A stretch of 64,000 nucleotides of DNA, from contig OX597824.1 of the NCBI GenBank assembly GCA_951406725.2, positions 21,204,001-21,268,000 on the forward strand, given 5' to 3'. Within the stretch, counting starts at the first letter, position 1; each line of letters starts with the position of its first letter. This document shows positions 1 to 12,056 of the stretch, piece after piece. The notes below the pieces were generated by a model. That model did not search any database. It saw nothing but the letters and a program-made list of their open reading frames with translations, and had not been told where the DNA came from. The position numbers were made by a program, and so were the translations under genes. The stretch comes from Octopus vulgaris (Eukaryota).

Positions 1-210
1 TCACGGCATCCCTCTAGAAGAAAACTAACTGATATATAAAACCCACTGCTCTACTGAACCAGATCTCTTGCACGTTGCTTGTGTCTGAGCTTTTTTGATA
101 TTGCTAGTGAGAGTCTCTGTGAAGTTGTGAAGCCGCACTGGATTTGAAACCCTTACACAGGTTTTGCTGACACTTGTCAGCAATGATCATACATGTTTAA
201 TGATTATACA

Positions 211-590
211 TCATCATCATCATCATCATCGTTTAACGTCTGGTTTCCATGCTAGCATAGGATGGAGGATTTGACTGAGGACTGGCAAACCAGATGGCAG
301 TACTGGCTCCAATCTGATCTGGCAGAGTTTCTACAGCTGGATGCCCTTCCTAACGCCAACCGCTCCGAGAGTGTAGCGGGTGCTTTTATGTGCCACCGGC
401 ACGAGGGCCACTCAGGAGGTACTGGCAACGGCCACGAAAAAGTCGTGTTTTTTTTTTTAACGTGTCACCTTCACACTGGCACAAGTGCCAGTAAGGCGAC
501 GCTGGTAGTGATCATGCTCGAATGGTGCTTTTTACATGCCACCAGTACGAACGCCAGATACCCACTCTGGCAACGATCACGCTCGGATAG
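211..590 (-). mobile_element. 5'-truncated RTE-type LINE 3' UTR (family C) with (GAT)n tail
   Basis: Reverse complement of the ...GGCGTTAGGAAGGGCATCCAGCTGTAGAAAC...GACGTTAAACGATGATGAT end that follows an RTE C-terminus at 28530-29160. Confidence 0.75.
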
Positions 591-592
591 GG

Positions 593-925
593 TAAAGACC
601 CCGTTCGGTTATGACTGACCATGGGACTGCACTTAGAAAGTTACCCTCCAAGGCACAAGTCTGGGCAAAGTTGTTTATGGAAGATTAGCAGTCACCCATG
701 CATACCAGCCATCCCTTTGCACGCCACCGATGTTATCCAAGGGCAAGGCAAAGGTCAATATAGTGGGGCACCAATGATGTCACAACCCAATTCTGTAGCT
801 GAACAAACTGGAACAACGTGAAATAAAATGTTTTGCTCAAGGACACAACACTCAGTCTGGTCCTGGAATCGAACTCATTATCTCAAGGTTGTGAGCCTGA
901 CGCTCTAACCACTGAGGCGTGCGAC
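593..925 (-). mobile_element. tRNA-derived SINE (family E)
   Basis: Minus strand has a tRNA-like head (CTCAGTGGTTAGAGC...GAGTTCGATTCC), then GTGTCCTTGAGCAA, and a GTCATAACCGAACGGGG tail resembling the family D tail. Confidence 0.7.
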
Positions 926-1861
926 TTCACACAGCCCTCATATGCGCATACATAAACGTTTTCAGTTCATGTTGACTGTCCAAGGAAAGAATACTCAATG
1001 CCATTAATCTACATTTGATAGAAATTAATGAAATCAATACAGAGATGGGTTAAGCGAGAGAGAAAGAGAAGAGGAAATATATAGAGAGAGCGGACATCGT
1101 TTTAAACGTTGTACATAAATATGCATCCGCACATAATTGAAGTTGAACAGAAATCGTAAAACGATGCAAGGGGAATAACTCTTTACTGACACTCTTAATT
1201 CAAGGGAGACAACCTCACATTCTTGGATAACTCCATTCGCTTTATTTTCTTTAATCATAAAATCTCGCAAATTTATAAAGAACTTTAAAAGTAGTGAGAT
1301 TATGCAGTACCGGACCAACCATCCGGCAAACTTGAGGCCGTTACTGGCCCAGGATGCAGGAATCTTCAAATTTTCTGCAAACACATATACTTAAAATATA
1401 AAATAAGCTATGAAAAACATAGAAGCTAATTTGTATTTAACTGACTTAAATTACTACACTTCTAAAGTAGGGTCCGTTTGATATTTATTAATCTTCTTAA
1501 AATTCTTAACTAAAGGGTTTGACCCGAAGAAAAAAAAAAGATAGTGAAATAGCTATACAACAACATTTAGTAAATGAATATATATAAAAAGAGTGCGTGC
1601 TGGCGAATGGGGCGTGGAGAAGAGTCGGAAAATTCACATCCTCAGACCAATGATGAACTGTAACTAAAGATTAAGATTATTAACCCCCAAATTTTAAGCG
1701 TTTTAATAGCAATAAGTTTTTTTCTTAATTTTTTTTTTTTTTTGCTTAATTAAAATGGTTGCTTTTTCCTCGTAGTTTTTCATGTCAGCTGTAAAGGTGA
1801 AGAGGGTTGACTTGGACGGTGTTAAGTAGTGGAGATGTTTGGTGATTGTATGTGGTTGTTA

Positions 1862-2460
1862 CTTTTCACCGGCATCGGTCGCTCGCTCCAGCGCCATCCA
1901 TTTTCGAGACCGGTCGATTCGGCAGGTAAGTTGTTACACACTCCTGAGCGGATTCCGACTTCTGTGGCCACCGTCCTGCTGTCTATATCGACCGACGCCC
2001 TTTCGGGAATCTAATGGGCGAAGCGTAGGGCACCTTAACCGGACGTTCGGTTCATCCCACATCACCAGTTCTGCTTACCAAAAGTGGCCCACTTCGCACT
2101 GTGCATTCATTACGTCGCAATGGCTGTGATATATGGCCACCCCCGACCGGGAGAGGAGCGGCCTGTTTCGCCCGTTCTGAGTTCGAGAGTAGATCGAGGC
2201 CGTCAACGTCCGCGGGGCCTCCAGTCATTCGCTTTACCGGGTGGAACAGCGTGTCGTTCCCCCGCTGGTGTCAGCTATCCTGAGGGAAACTTCAGAGGGA
2301 ACAAGCTACTAGACGGCTTGATTGGCCTTTCGCGCCTATACCCAGTCCCGACGATCGATTTGCACGTCAGAGGCGCTTCGGTCTTCCACCAGTTTCCTCT
2401 GGCTTCGTCCCGACCGGATGTGGATCGCCATCTTTCGGGTCCCCGGCCACCTGCTGCTAC
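1862..2460 (-). rRNA. Isolated ~600-bp 28S rRNA fragment (probable pseudogene)
   Basis: Minus strand contains conserved LSU motifs in the correct order: GGACCCGAAAGATGG, GACGTGCAAATCG, GAAGTTTCCCTCAGGATAGC, GGTAAAGCGAATGA, AGTGGGCCACTTTTGGTAAGCAGAACTGG, GGAGTGTGTAACAACT, AAAATGGATGGCGCTGGAGCG. The flanks are not rDNA. Confidence 0.93.
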
Positions 2461-2532
2461 ACCCGAGGTGGAATGGGAACTCGACGACACGCGGAAGCTC
2501 AGCGTGTGTATTACCTCATTTCTTCTAATATG

Positions 2533-2600
<68 letters not shown>

Positions 2601-3595
2601 CTTACACGCACACACACATATATATGTATATACACACTCATATATATACATCCATCCATACATACATACGTATGTATGTTTGTATGTGTGTATGTATGTA
2701 TTTATTTATATATAATTATTTCTAGCCCTCTCTCTATATATGTACATTGCATGCAAACCACTCGGACGTGTGTGTATGCATATACACCCTACGTTCGCCA
2801 GCGCACATTTTTTTCCATATTCGTTTACTACATGTTGTTTTACACCCATTACACTTTTTTTTTGGGGGGGGGGTCAAACACTGGAGTTTAAAGGTCAAGG
2901 TCTGACGATATGAATTTTCTGAGTCCTCTCCACCCCCGTTCGCGAGCGCCCCTTTTTTTTTCATATTCGTTCAGAGCAAGTTGTTTTACACCTATTACAC
3001 TATTTTTGTTTTTGTTTTTGGTTATGGTGTATTTCACAGTATTCCCGGATTTCTGGAACGGTACTGTATAGTTTCCTTAACTTTTCCAAGTAGCCTGGTT
3101 CTATGAAGAGAAGCGAACTTCTTATAACTAAACCGTAGACTACGCTCAATGAGAATTTAATTCTTCGATCTCTCTTAGAAATAGCAAAATCTCACTCCAT
3201 TCACAGCTTACTGTTCCACAGTAAAAATAAGAACAAGAAAGAAAAAAAAGGAAGAACATTTTGGATATCATAGTCTGGAAGGAAATATGGCATAAATGAG
3301 GGGATGGTTACGGATGGATGCCGGAGACTATCGGTTCATTCAACCACGGCTGATGGAATAACAGAGACAATAAGAAAGGGGAGGCTACTGCGTCTGCTCA
3401 ACCTTCTCTGGCAGGTTGCAATAATAACGATGGCAATCAGTGTGTGTGTGTGCGTGTGTGATGATCATCATCGTCATTTAACGTCCGTTGTCCACGCTGG
3501 CATGGGTTGGTTTTTGACCAGGACTAGCAAACTGGAAGGCTGCACCAGACTCCAGTCTGATTTATTACAGCGGGTGCATCTTATATATGTATATA

Positions 3596-3677
<82 letters not shown>

Positions 3678-3697
3678 TGTATATATATGTATATATG

Positions 3698-3733
<36 letters not shown>

Positions 3734-3754
3734 TGTATATATATGTATATATAT

Positions 3755-3965
3755 GACAAACAAGGACAGACATAGGTATTAAGTCGATTACATCGACCCC
3801 AGTGCATAACTGGTACTTATTTAATCGACCCTGAAAGGATGAAAAGCAAAGTCGACCTTGGCGGAATTTGAACTCAGAACGTAGCAGCAGACGAAATACC
3901 GCTAAGCATTTCGCCCAGCGTGCTAACGTTTCTGCCAGCGTGCTAACGTTTCTGCCAGCTTGCCT
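3755..3965 (-). mobile_element. SINE family A, single unit
   Basis: Reverse complement of the family A head (AGCTGGCAGAAACGTTAGCACG, locally duplicated) and body. Confidence 0.85.
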
Positions 3966-4390
3966 TTGGAGTGTTCAGTAATATTCAATGAATGGTAGTG
4001 TTATAGAGACACAAGATATTCTCAGGTGTAAGAAATTTGTAAGCATGGAAACAAGATCCAGCTGTCTTGGCAGCTGATATCGCAATAGACTGAACATAAT
4101 TAATTCCAAGAGAGATTTTTGGTCAAAGTTAGACACTTATTTAACAATATCTCCATTAATAGATCCAAAATTGCTTATTGAAGTTATCAATAATTATTGA
4201 TTGCAATCAGGCAATTAAAATTGCATGACTGTATATTTCTTATCATCGTGAGAGCCATCCAACCAGAAGGGATTTAATCAAACCAATGTTCATCGTTTAT
4301 TTCTTTTTCAAGCCAAATTAACATCAACACATTAGAAAATTACTATTTTAAAATCTTACAAGGTGAGATATTCAGCAACAGTACTTTGAA

Positions 4391-4663
4391 GTAAAGATTG
4401 TTTGCCAACACAACATGGCAGTCCTGGTTTAGGACGAATGTTACTGTAATTTAGCCCCAGGAGACATTGTCTCCAGCTGGCTATATGACATGATCTGTAT
4501 CCTTACATTTTCGAACAAGGGGCTGCTAGATTCCCTTGTCCGAAAATGTAAGGACACGAATCGTGTCATATAGCCAGCTGGAGATGATGTCTCCTGGGGC
4601 GTAATTACAGCAACATTCATCCTAAACCAGGACTGCCATGTTATGTTGGCAAACAATCTTTAC
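4391..4663. repeat. Inverted repeat with ~130-bp arms and a very short spacer
   Basis: GTAAAGATTGTTTGCCAAC... is matched by ...GTTGGCAAACAATCTTTAC, with complementarity continuing almost to the centre. Confidence 0.92.
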
Positions 4664-4797
4664 ATTTTCTACTGTTACCCATTCTTTATTCATACAATTC
4701 TTTGTTCTTTTGTGAAGAGAACCAAACTTTTTTCTTTCATTTTCTCAGAGAAATTACGACTCATGTAGCCACTTCAAGGTGACAACCCTCCACCATT

Positions 4798-5948
4798 CAA
4801 GGCGGGGAGCTGGCAGAACCGTTAGCACGCCAGGCGAAATGCGTAGCCGTATTTCGTCTTCTGCTACGTTCTGAGTTCAAATTCCACCGATGTCGACTTT
4901 GCCTTTCATCCTTTCGGGGTTGATAAATTAAGTACCAGTTATGCACTGGGGTCAATGTAATCGACTTAATCCGTTTGTCCTTGTTCGTCCTCTCTGTGTT
5001 TAGCCCCTTGTGGGTAGTAAAGAAATAGGTATTTCGTCTGACGTTACGTTCTGAGTTCAAATTCCACCGAGGTCGACTTTGCCTTTCATCCTTTCTGGAT
5101 CGATAAATTAAGTACCAGTTACGCATTGAGGTCGATGTAATCAACTTAATCCATTTGTCTGTCCTTGTTTGTCCCTTCTGTGTTTAGCCCCTAGTGGGTA
5201 GTAAAGAAATAGGTATTTCGTCTGCCACTACGTTCTGAATTCAAATTCCATCGAGGTCGACTTTGCCTTTCATCCTTTCGGGGTCGATAAATTAAGTACC
5301 AGTTACGCACTGGGGTCGATGTAATTGACTTAATCCGTTTGTCTGTCCTTGTTTGCCCTCTCTGTGTTTAGCCCCTTGTGGGTAGTAAAGAAATAGGTAT
5401 TTCGCCTGCCATTACGTTCTGAGTTCAAATTCCACCGAGGTCGACTTTGCCTTTCATCCTTTTGGGGTCAATAAATTAAGGACCAGTTACGCACTGGGGT
5501 CAATATAATCGACTTAATCCATTTGTCTGTCCTTGTTTGTCCCTTCTGTGTTTAGCCCCTTGTGGGTAGTAAAGAAATAGGTATTTCGCCTGCCGCTACG
5601 TTCTGAGTTCAAATTCCACCAAGGTCGACTTTGCCTTTCATCCTTTCTGGGTCAATAAATTAAGTACCAGTTATGCACTGGGGTCAATATAATCGACTTA
5701 ATCCATTTGTCTGTCCTTGTTTGTCCTCTCTGTGTTTAGCCCCTTGTGGGTAGTAAAGAAATAGGTATTTCGCCTGCTGCTACGTTCTGAGTTCAAATTC
5801 CACTGAGGTCGACTTTGCCTTTCATCCTTTCGGGGTCAATAAATTAAGGACCAGTTACGCACTGGGGTCAATATAATCGACTTAATCCCTTTGTCTGTCC
5901 TTGTTTGTCCCCTCAATGTTTAGCCCCTCTGAGGGTAATAAAGAAACA
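4798..5948 (+). mobile_element. SINE family A head followed by six tandem ~184-bp body units
   Basis: Units start at 4849, 5029, 5213, 5397, 5581 and 5765, with junctions AAGAAATAG|GTATTTCG. One flanking TSD: GA(C/T)AACCCTC(C/T)ACCATTC. Confidence 0.92.
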
Positions 5949-6362
5949 GATAACCCTCTACCATTCCACCCAGCCCCAAAAACATCATCCAATAAGCATA
6001 CTCTCATCAAGTTCTCTCTCCCTGTTCTGTGTCAGCAAAATATAATTTCCAGCTGACATTTACCCCTCAAAGTGAAACCCATTTTCATGCACTCCCTCCA
6101 AATTAGACAATCAAGTTTCTGTTTAGTTGCAAGTAGAGTAAAGATCTGCTTTCCCCTGCATCCCAGTAAATCTGCCATCAAATTCCATTTGCCATCCCAT
6201 CTTTTGGTAAATCTATGTCTTTTAGGTGTGTTTTTGGTGAACCCTTTTTTTTTTTTTAATATTCTTTCTTGATAAATGTGTTACATTTCCTTAGTACTTC
6301 CTTTTCTTCGTGTCACCTCTTTCCATTTGTATCTTTTAGTTCCTGCCATACTGTTAGCAAAG

Positions 6363-6396
<34 letters not shown>

Positions 6397-6484
6397 GGTG
6401 GTGGTGGTAGTGATGACGATGACGGTTGTGATTGTGGGTATAGTGGAGGTGGTGGTGGGGATGATTTTGTTGATGAGATGATGA

Positions 6485-6518
<34 letters not shown>

Positions 6519-6785
6519 GGTGGTGGTGGTGGTGGTGGTGGTGGTGGTGATGATGATGATGATGGTGATGGTGATGGTGCTAATGATGATGATGACAGTG
6601 GTGGTGACGGTGGTGGTCATAATGGTGGTAGTGGTTGTGGTGGTGATGATGATGATGGTTGTGATTGTGGGTATAGTGGAGGTGGTGGTGGGGATGATGA
6701 TGTTGTTGACATGATGGTGACGATGATGACGACAATGATGACAACAATGATGATGGTAATGGTGATGATGATGATGACGATGATT
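6363..6785. repeat. Compound (GAT)/(GGT) trinucleotide repeat
   Basis: Directly visible. Confidence 0.95.
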
Positions 6786-7282
6786 CTCTCTAACTAAGGC
6801 TCAAGGTCAGTAATTTTCATCAGAAGGCATTAGTTACTATCATCAACCCCAGAACATGACTGGTACATTATTTTATTGATCCCTGATGGATCAATAAAAT
6901 AATGTGGCCTGAATTTGGTAGCAGTCACTGAGCTTATCAGGGTGTGTCGTGGCTAAAGGTCAATTGCCAAACTGCTTTGGACGTGTAGATGTAGTGGGAT
7001 GGTGATGCTGGTACTGTTAAAGTAGTTGCCGTTTTAAAAGGGTTGACATTTGATTGGCATTCTACATTGTCTGGAAACAACTGTAGTGATTAAAAAATTA
7101 ATGTCTAACTGTTACACCTTCTTGTTGACTCCAGTCTTTTCACTTACCTATTCACTCATAACAGATGTCCCAAACGCAAACCTGGAAGTACGTATACTAC
7201 TACTACTGGATAGCACAGGGTGAAATCTGAAGGTGGACGAGCCTTATACTGTACTCTACTACTTTCTTAATAGAATATGGGA

Positions 7283-7670
7283 TGGAAGCACTCCGTCGGT
7301 TACGACAATGTGGGTTCCGGTTGATCCGAATCAACGGAACAGCCTGCTCGTGAAATTAACGTGTAAGTGGCTGAGCACTCCACAGACACGTATACCCTTA
7401 ACGTAGTTCTCAGGGATATTCAGCGTGACACAGAGAGTGACAAGGCCAACCCCTTGAAATACAGGTACAACAGAAACAGGAAGTAAGAGTGGAGTGAGAG
7501 AAAGTTGAGGCGAAAGAGTACAACAGGGGTCGCCACCACCCCCTGCCGGAGCCTCGTGGAGCTTTAGGTGTTTTCGCTCAATAAACACACACAACGCCCG
7601 GTCTGGGAATCGAAACCGCAATCCTCCGACTGCGAGTCCGCTGCCCTAACCACTGGGCCATTGCGCCTCC
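7283..7670 (-). mobile_element. Full-length tRNA-derived SINE (family D)
   Basis: Head GGAGGCGCAATGGCCCAGTGGTTAGGGCAGCGG...GGTTTCGATTCCC, tail GTCGTAACCGACGGAGTGCTTCC, TSD TAATAGAATAT. Further copies at 55760 and 57296. Confidence 0.88.
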
Positions 7671-7844
7671 ACTAATAGAATATACCATAACTATGTATGC
7701 ATATATACATATATATATATATATATAATATTAGGGTAATAAGAATTATAGAAATGTTTTATTACCAGTGGCCTAGCGTAAAAAACATTAGTCAATAGAC
7801 TATATATTATTCATATAAAATGTTGTGTACGTTATAAATGTACA

Positions 7845-7886
<42 letters not shown>

Positions 7887-7894
7887 AAAATCAT

Positions 7895-8238
7895 ACGGAA
7901 GTTGTAGTTGTGATACCCGTACCATTGGCATGTAAAAAGCACCATCTGAAGGTGGACGATGCCAGCGCTGCCTTGACTGGCGTCTGTACCAGTAGCACGT
8001 AAAAGCATCAACCGATCATGGCTGTTGCCAGCCTCCTCTGGCCCTTGTGCCGGTGGCACATAAAAAGCACCCACTACACTCTCAGAGTGGTTGGCATTAG
8101 GAAGGGCATCCAGCTGCAGAAACACTGCAAGATCAGACTGGAGCCTGGTGCAGCCTCCATGGTTCCCCAGATCCCGGTCGAACCATCCAACCCATGCTAG
8201 CATGGAAAACGGATGTTAAACAATGATAATGATGACGA

Positions 8239-8335
<97 letters not shown>

Positions 8336-8435
8336 TTGCTAGATCAGATTGAGCCCGGTGCAGCCTTCTGGCTTTCCAGTCCTCAGTCAAACCGTCCAAC
8401 CCATGCCAGCATGGAAGGCGGATGTTAAACGATGA
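7895..8435 (+). mobile_element. Two RTE 3' UTR (family C) copies separated by (TA)n
   Basis: GTGCCGGTGGCAC repeat units and GATGTTAAAC(A/G)ATGA ends. Confidence 0.8.
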
Positions 8436-8750
8436 CATATATATAAATGGTGTACCACAGGGATCTATAATTTGTTCATTGTTATTTTAACTATGTATCA
8501 TTAATGATTGATGCTGAGCCGATAAATATTGCAGACTCGTAAAATTAGAGAAAGAAACGCCATTAAATGCATTGAAAAAGTGAATATATAATATTTCACT
8601 ACATGTATACAAGCATATTGACCTCTATTCAATGTTAATTAATTATTAATGAATATTTATTTATGCATGTATGTGCATGTGTGTATGTACATAAGTATGT
8701 ATGTCTATGCATATGTATGAATGTATGTGTATTTGTGTGTGTGTGTGTAT

Positions 8751-8801
<51 letters not shown>

Positions 8802-8843
8802 GTGAAATAGAAAGATGAATAATCTTGTAGTAGATTAATCAAA

Positions 8844-8894
<51 letters not shown>

Positions 8895-9149
8895 GTGCAT
8901 GTATGTATATTGGCAGTGGATAGCAGAATTGGTGTGTTGAGCCAAACTTACCTTGTGATATTTTGCTTTGTCTCAGTTACTATATTTTATGCATGATTGA
9001 CTAATCTTTCTGCTCTGATGACCACGGTTAAAATAAGTATCAGACAGGGTACTAGGGTGAATATAATTGATGAAAGATGATACTCCAGTATGGCCACAGT
9101 TCAACGATTGAAACCAATAAAAGAATAAAACAATGCATGTGTGTGTATG

Positions 9150-9199
<50 letters not shown>

Positions 9200-9293
9200 T
9201 ATGAAGTTAATTAAGGGTAGAAATTGATATTTATCAATTAAAACCAGTGGTCTAGCATATTAAAAAAGAATCCGAAGATTAAAATATTTATAT

Positions 9294-9453
9294 ATACCAA
9301 TTAAGGACTGAACACGAAAAGTGGACAGTCAACATGCTAGATATAGACGTCAAATCGCCATTCTCCACAAAAGATTATGTGGAGAATGGCGATTTGACGT
9401 CTATATCTAGCATGTTGACTGTCCACTTTTCGTGTTCAATCCTTAATTGGTAT
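9294..9453. repeat. Near-perfect palindrome with ~76-bp arms and an 8-nt loop
   Basis: ...AAATCGCCATTCTCCACA-AAAGATTA-TGTGGAGAATGGCGATTT... Confidence 0.93.
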
Positions 9454-9468
9454 TATAAATATATATAG

Positions 9469-9499
<31 letters not shown>

Positions 9500-9529
9500 T
9501 GAATGTAGGTATGTATGCGTGTATGTATG

Positions 9530-9580
<51 letters not shown>

Positions 9581-9589
9581 ATGTGTGTG

Positions 9590-9813
9590 TACAAGGGAGA
9601 GGTGCTGAAAAATTCCTGGCTTTGGGTAAACGAAAATACAGGAGGATCGGTTAATTATGATTTCATTCAACATATTCTGTTCTCAGATTCACGCATTTAT
9701 TACAGCAGTCCTTCAGTTTTTCTAAGCCCTGAAAAAGAATTCGGAAGGTTAGACCTTCAGCCAGTCCTTTCATGACACCCTTAAAGCCAGGAACTTTTCA
9801 CCACCACCTCGTA
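9590..9813 (-). mobile_element. Internally deleted mariner-like element (MITE)
   Basis: TIRs GGTGCTGAAAAATTCCTGGCTTT / AAAGCCAGGAACTTTTCACCACC with TA flanks. Homologous to 42390-42618. Confidence 0.75.
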
Positions 9814-9957
9814 TATATATATATTACATGTATGTATGTATGTATATATGTTTGTATGTATTTTAGTTTGTTTCAAGATTTCTTGCCAATAGAGAAAAAA
9901 CCGGTTTCTAACTTAGATCCAAGCTTCCTTCATTGGAATTTCAACATCAACAACAGG

Positions 9958-10552
9958 GTATGTATGTATGTGTGTATGTATGTATGAATGTATGCATGTA
10001 TGTATGTATGTATGTATGTATGCATGCATGCATGCATGCATGCATGTATGTATGTATGTATGTATGTATGTGTGTGTGTATGTATGTATGAATGCATGCA
10101 TGCATGTATGTATGTATGTATGTATGTATGTATTTATGTATGTATGTATGTATGCATGTATGCATGCATGTATGTATGTATGTATGTATGTATGTATGTA
10201 TGTGTGTGTATGTATGTATGAATGCATGTATCTATGTATGTATGTATGTATGTGTGTGTGTGTATGTATGTATGTATGTATGTATGTATGCATGCATGCA
10301 TGCATGTATGTATGTATGTATGTGTGTATGTATGTATGAATGCATGTATGTATGTATGTATGTATGTATGTATGTGTGTATGTATGTATGAATGCATGTA
10401 TGTGTGTGTGTATGTATGTATGTATGTATGTATGTGTGTATGTATGTATGAATGCATGTATGTATGTATGCATGCATGCATGCATGCATGTATGTATGTA
10501 TATATGTATGTATGTATGTATGAATGCATGTATGTATGTATGTATGTATGTG
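9958..10552. repeat. (TATG)/(CATG) tetranucleotide array
   Basis: Directly visible. It generates many spurious ORFs. Confidence 0.95.
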
Positions 10553-11460
10553 CAGATTTGTATATTCTGCTTTATGTATGTATTCCCATGCATATAGTTG
10601 CATACCTAGACTTATGTATATATAGTTAAATGATAAACTTCTGGAAAGTTTTAGAGATTTTTACAGTTTCAGTGATGGATTGGATCTGTAGTCTTCGAAT
10701 TAGCTTTCTCCTTTCTGGTTTTATATATATATGCCATGGGATTCCTCACAAGTTCTGTCCCCCAAATTCACTCACAAGGATTGGTAGGTCTAAGGCAACA
10801 GTGGAAAACACTTACCCAAGGTGCTGATGCAGTGGGATTGAACATGAAACCACACGGTTGCAAAGCAAGCCTCTTAACCACACATCCAATGCCTGCACCT
10901 TTTAAAAAAATTGAAATAATAACAATATTTCCTAAACCTGTGTAACGTACCTTAAAATAACAGCACAGCAAATGTAGCTGACATGCACTGGCAGCCTTTG
11001 CAAGAACTGATGAACAGTAAACAATTAGCTGGTGGTGTCCCTTGGTGTCCTCTGGCACCCCTTGGTGTCCCCTGATGTGTTATGTTTACACTGTCTCATT
11101 AGAGAACTCTTATAGGATGAGTGTAGAATAGCAGTATGTAAGTACTCAGTGCTCTGATAAGGCACATGGCCCAGTGGTTGGGCAATTTGGCTCCAGGTCA
11201 TAAGAGTGTGGGTTCAGTTCTTCATCTGAACTTTGCTTGAGGTTGCATTGGTACATTCAGTAAACAAAAATGAGCATTAACCCATAACTTCCTCAAATTC
11301 CGCCAAGGTCGACTTTACCTTTCATCCTTTCAGAGTAGATAAATTAAGTACCAGTTGTGTTCTGGGGTCAATCTAATCGACTGCCCCACCTCCTCCAAAA
11401 TTTCGGGCCTTGTGCCTAGAGTAGAAAAGATTAACCCATAACTTCCAGTAAAGATCTACA

Positions 11461-12056
11461 TTAAACCTTTGTGGGCTTTTTAAAAGTTATGCAACTTTAC
11501 ATTTTTTATTGAAATGATTTTATATCTCAAGACTTTTATTGTCAATAGTTTATGTATGCACATACAAACTTAGAGTTAAAAATTTCCAGTCATATGGATG
11601 TTATAGCATAAAATATGGTCATTGGAGTCCAACTGGGCCCCATTGGCCTTGTGTGAATTTTTTTTCTGCTCTTTTTACAGATATTCTGATGAACTATAAG
11701 TCAATTTTCTTTGTATTTGTACTGTATGAATTGATATACTAAATAATTTTGTTTTATTTTATATTTAGCGCCATATGTATAGTTTATAAAACAATAAAAA
11801 ATGATTTCTTTCAATAAAGGATTTTTTCAGTCAATAAATTATATTTTAATTCCCCTCCATTAAACACTAATAATTACAAATATATACTTATAAAATGCTA
11901 AATCTTTTGTTCTGTATCATGCATTCATACATATATATACAAGATTAAACAAATATTACAGTATGGATTGTACAGAAATGCACACAAATAAAAGGGGGAC
12001 CCTCGGGACCCCAATAGCCTTTTGTGTAATTCCAACACCATCCCATGGAGGGTTAA
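11461..12056. mobile_element. TTAA-flanked non-autonomous DNA element (piggyBac-like termini)
   Basis: TTAAACCTTTGTGGG...CCCATGGAGGGTTAA form imperfect TIRs bounded by TTAA. Confidence 0.5.

Noticed and set aside
1034-1384. 116-aa minus-strand ORF with an acceptor-like TTTGCAG near its start
   Set aside because: No recognisable domain, no clear donor, and it ends in a CT-rich repeat. It cannot be supported as coding
2084-2725. 213-aa ORF
   Set aside because: It is the antisense of the rRNA fragment running into (TA)n
4849-5948. Regular array resembling CRISPR
   Set aside because: Units are wholly repeated with no unique spacers, are SINE-derived, and the DNA is eukaryotic
7590-7670. tRNA-like sequences here and at other SINE heads (also ~11160 and ~13300)
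   Set aside because: They have A/B boxes but no complete cloverleaf and mostly continue into SINE bodies
9913-10629. Many long overlapping ORFs rich in YI, HT or CMYV
   Set aside because: Translations of stop-free microsatellites. The same applies to similar ORFs across the window
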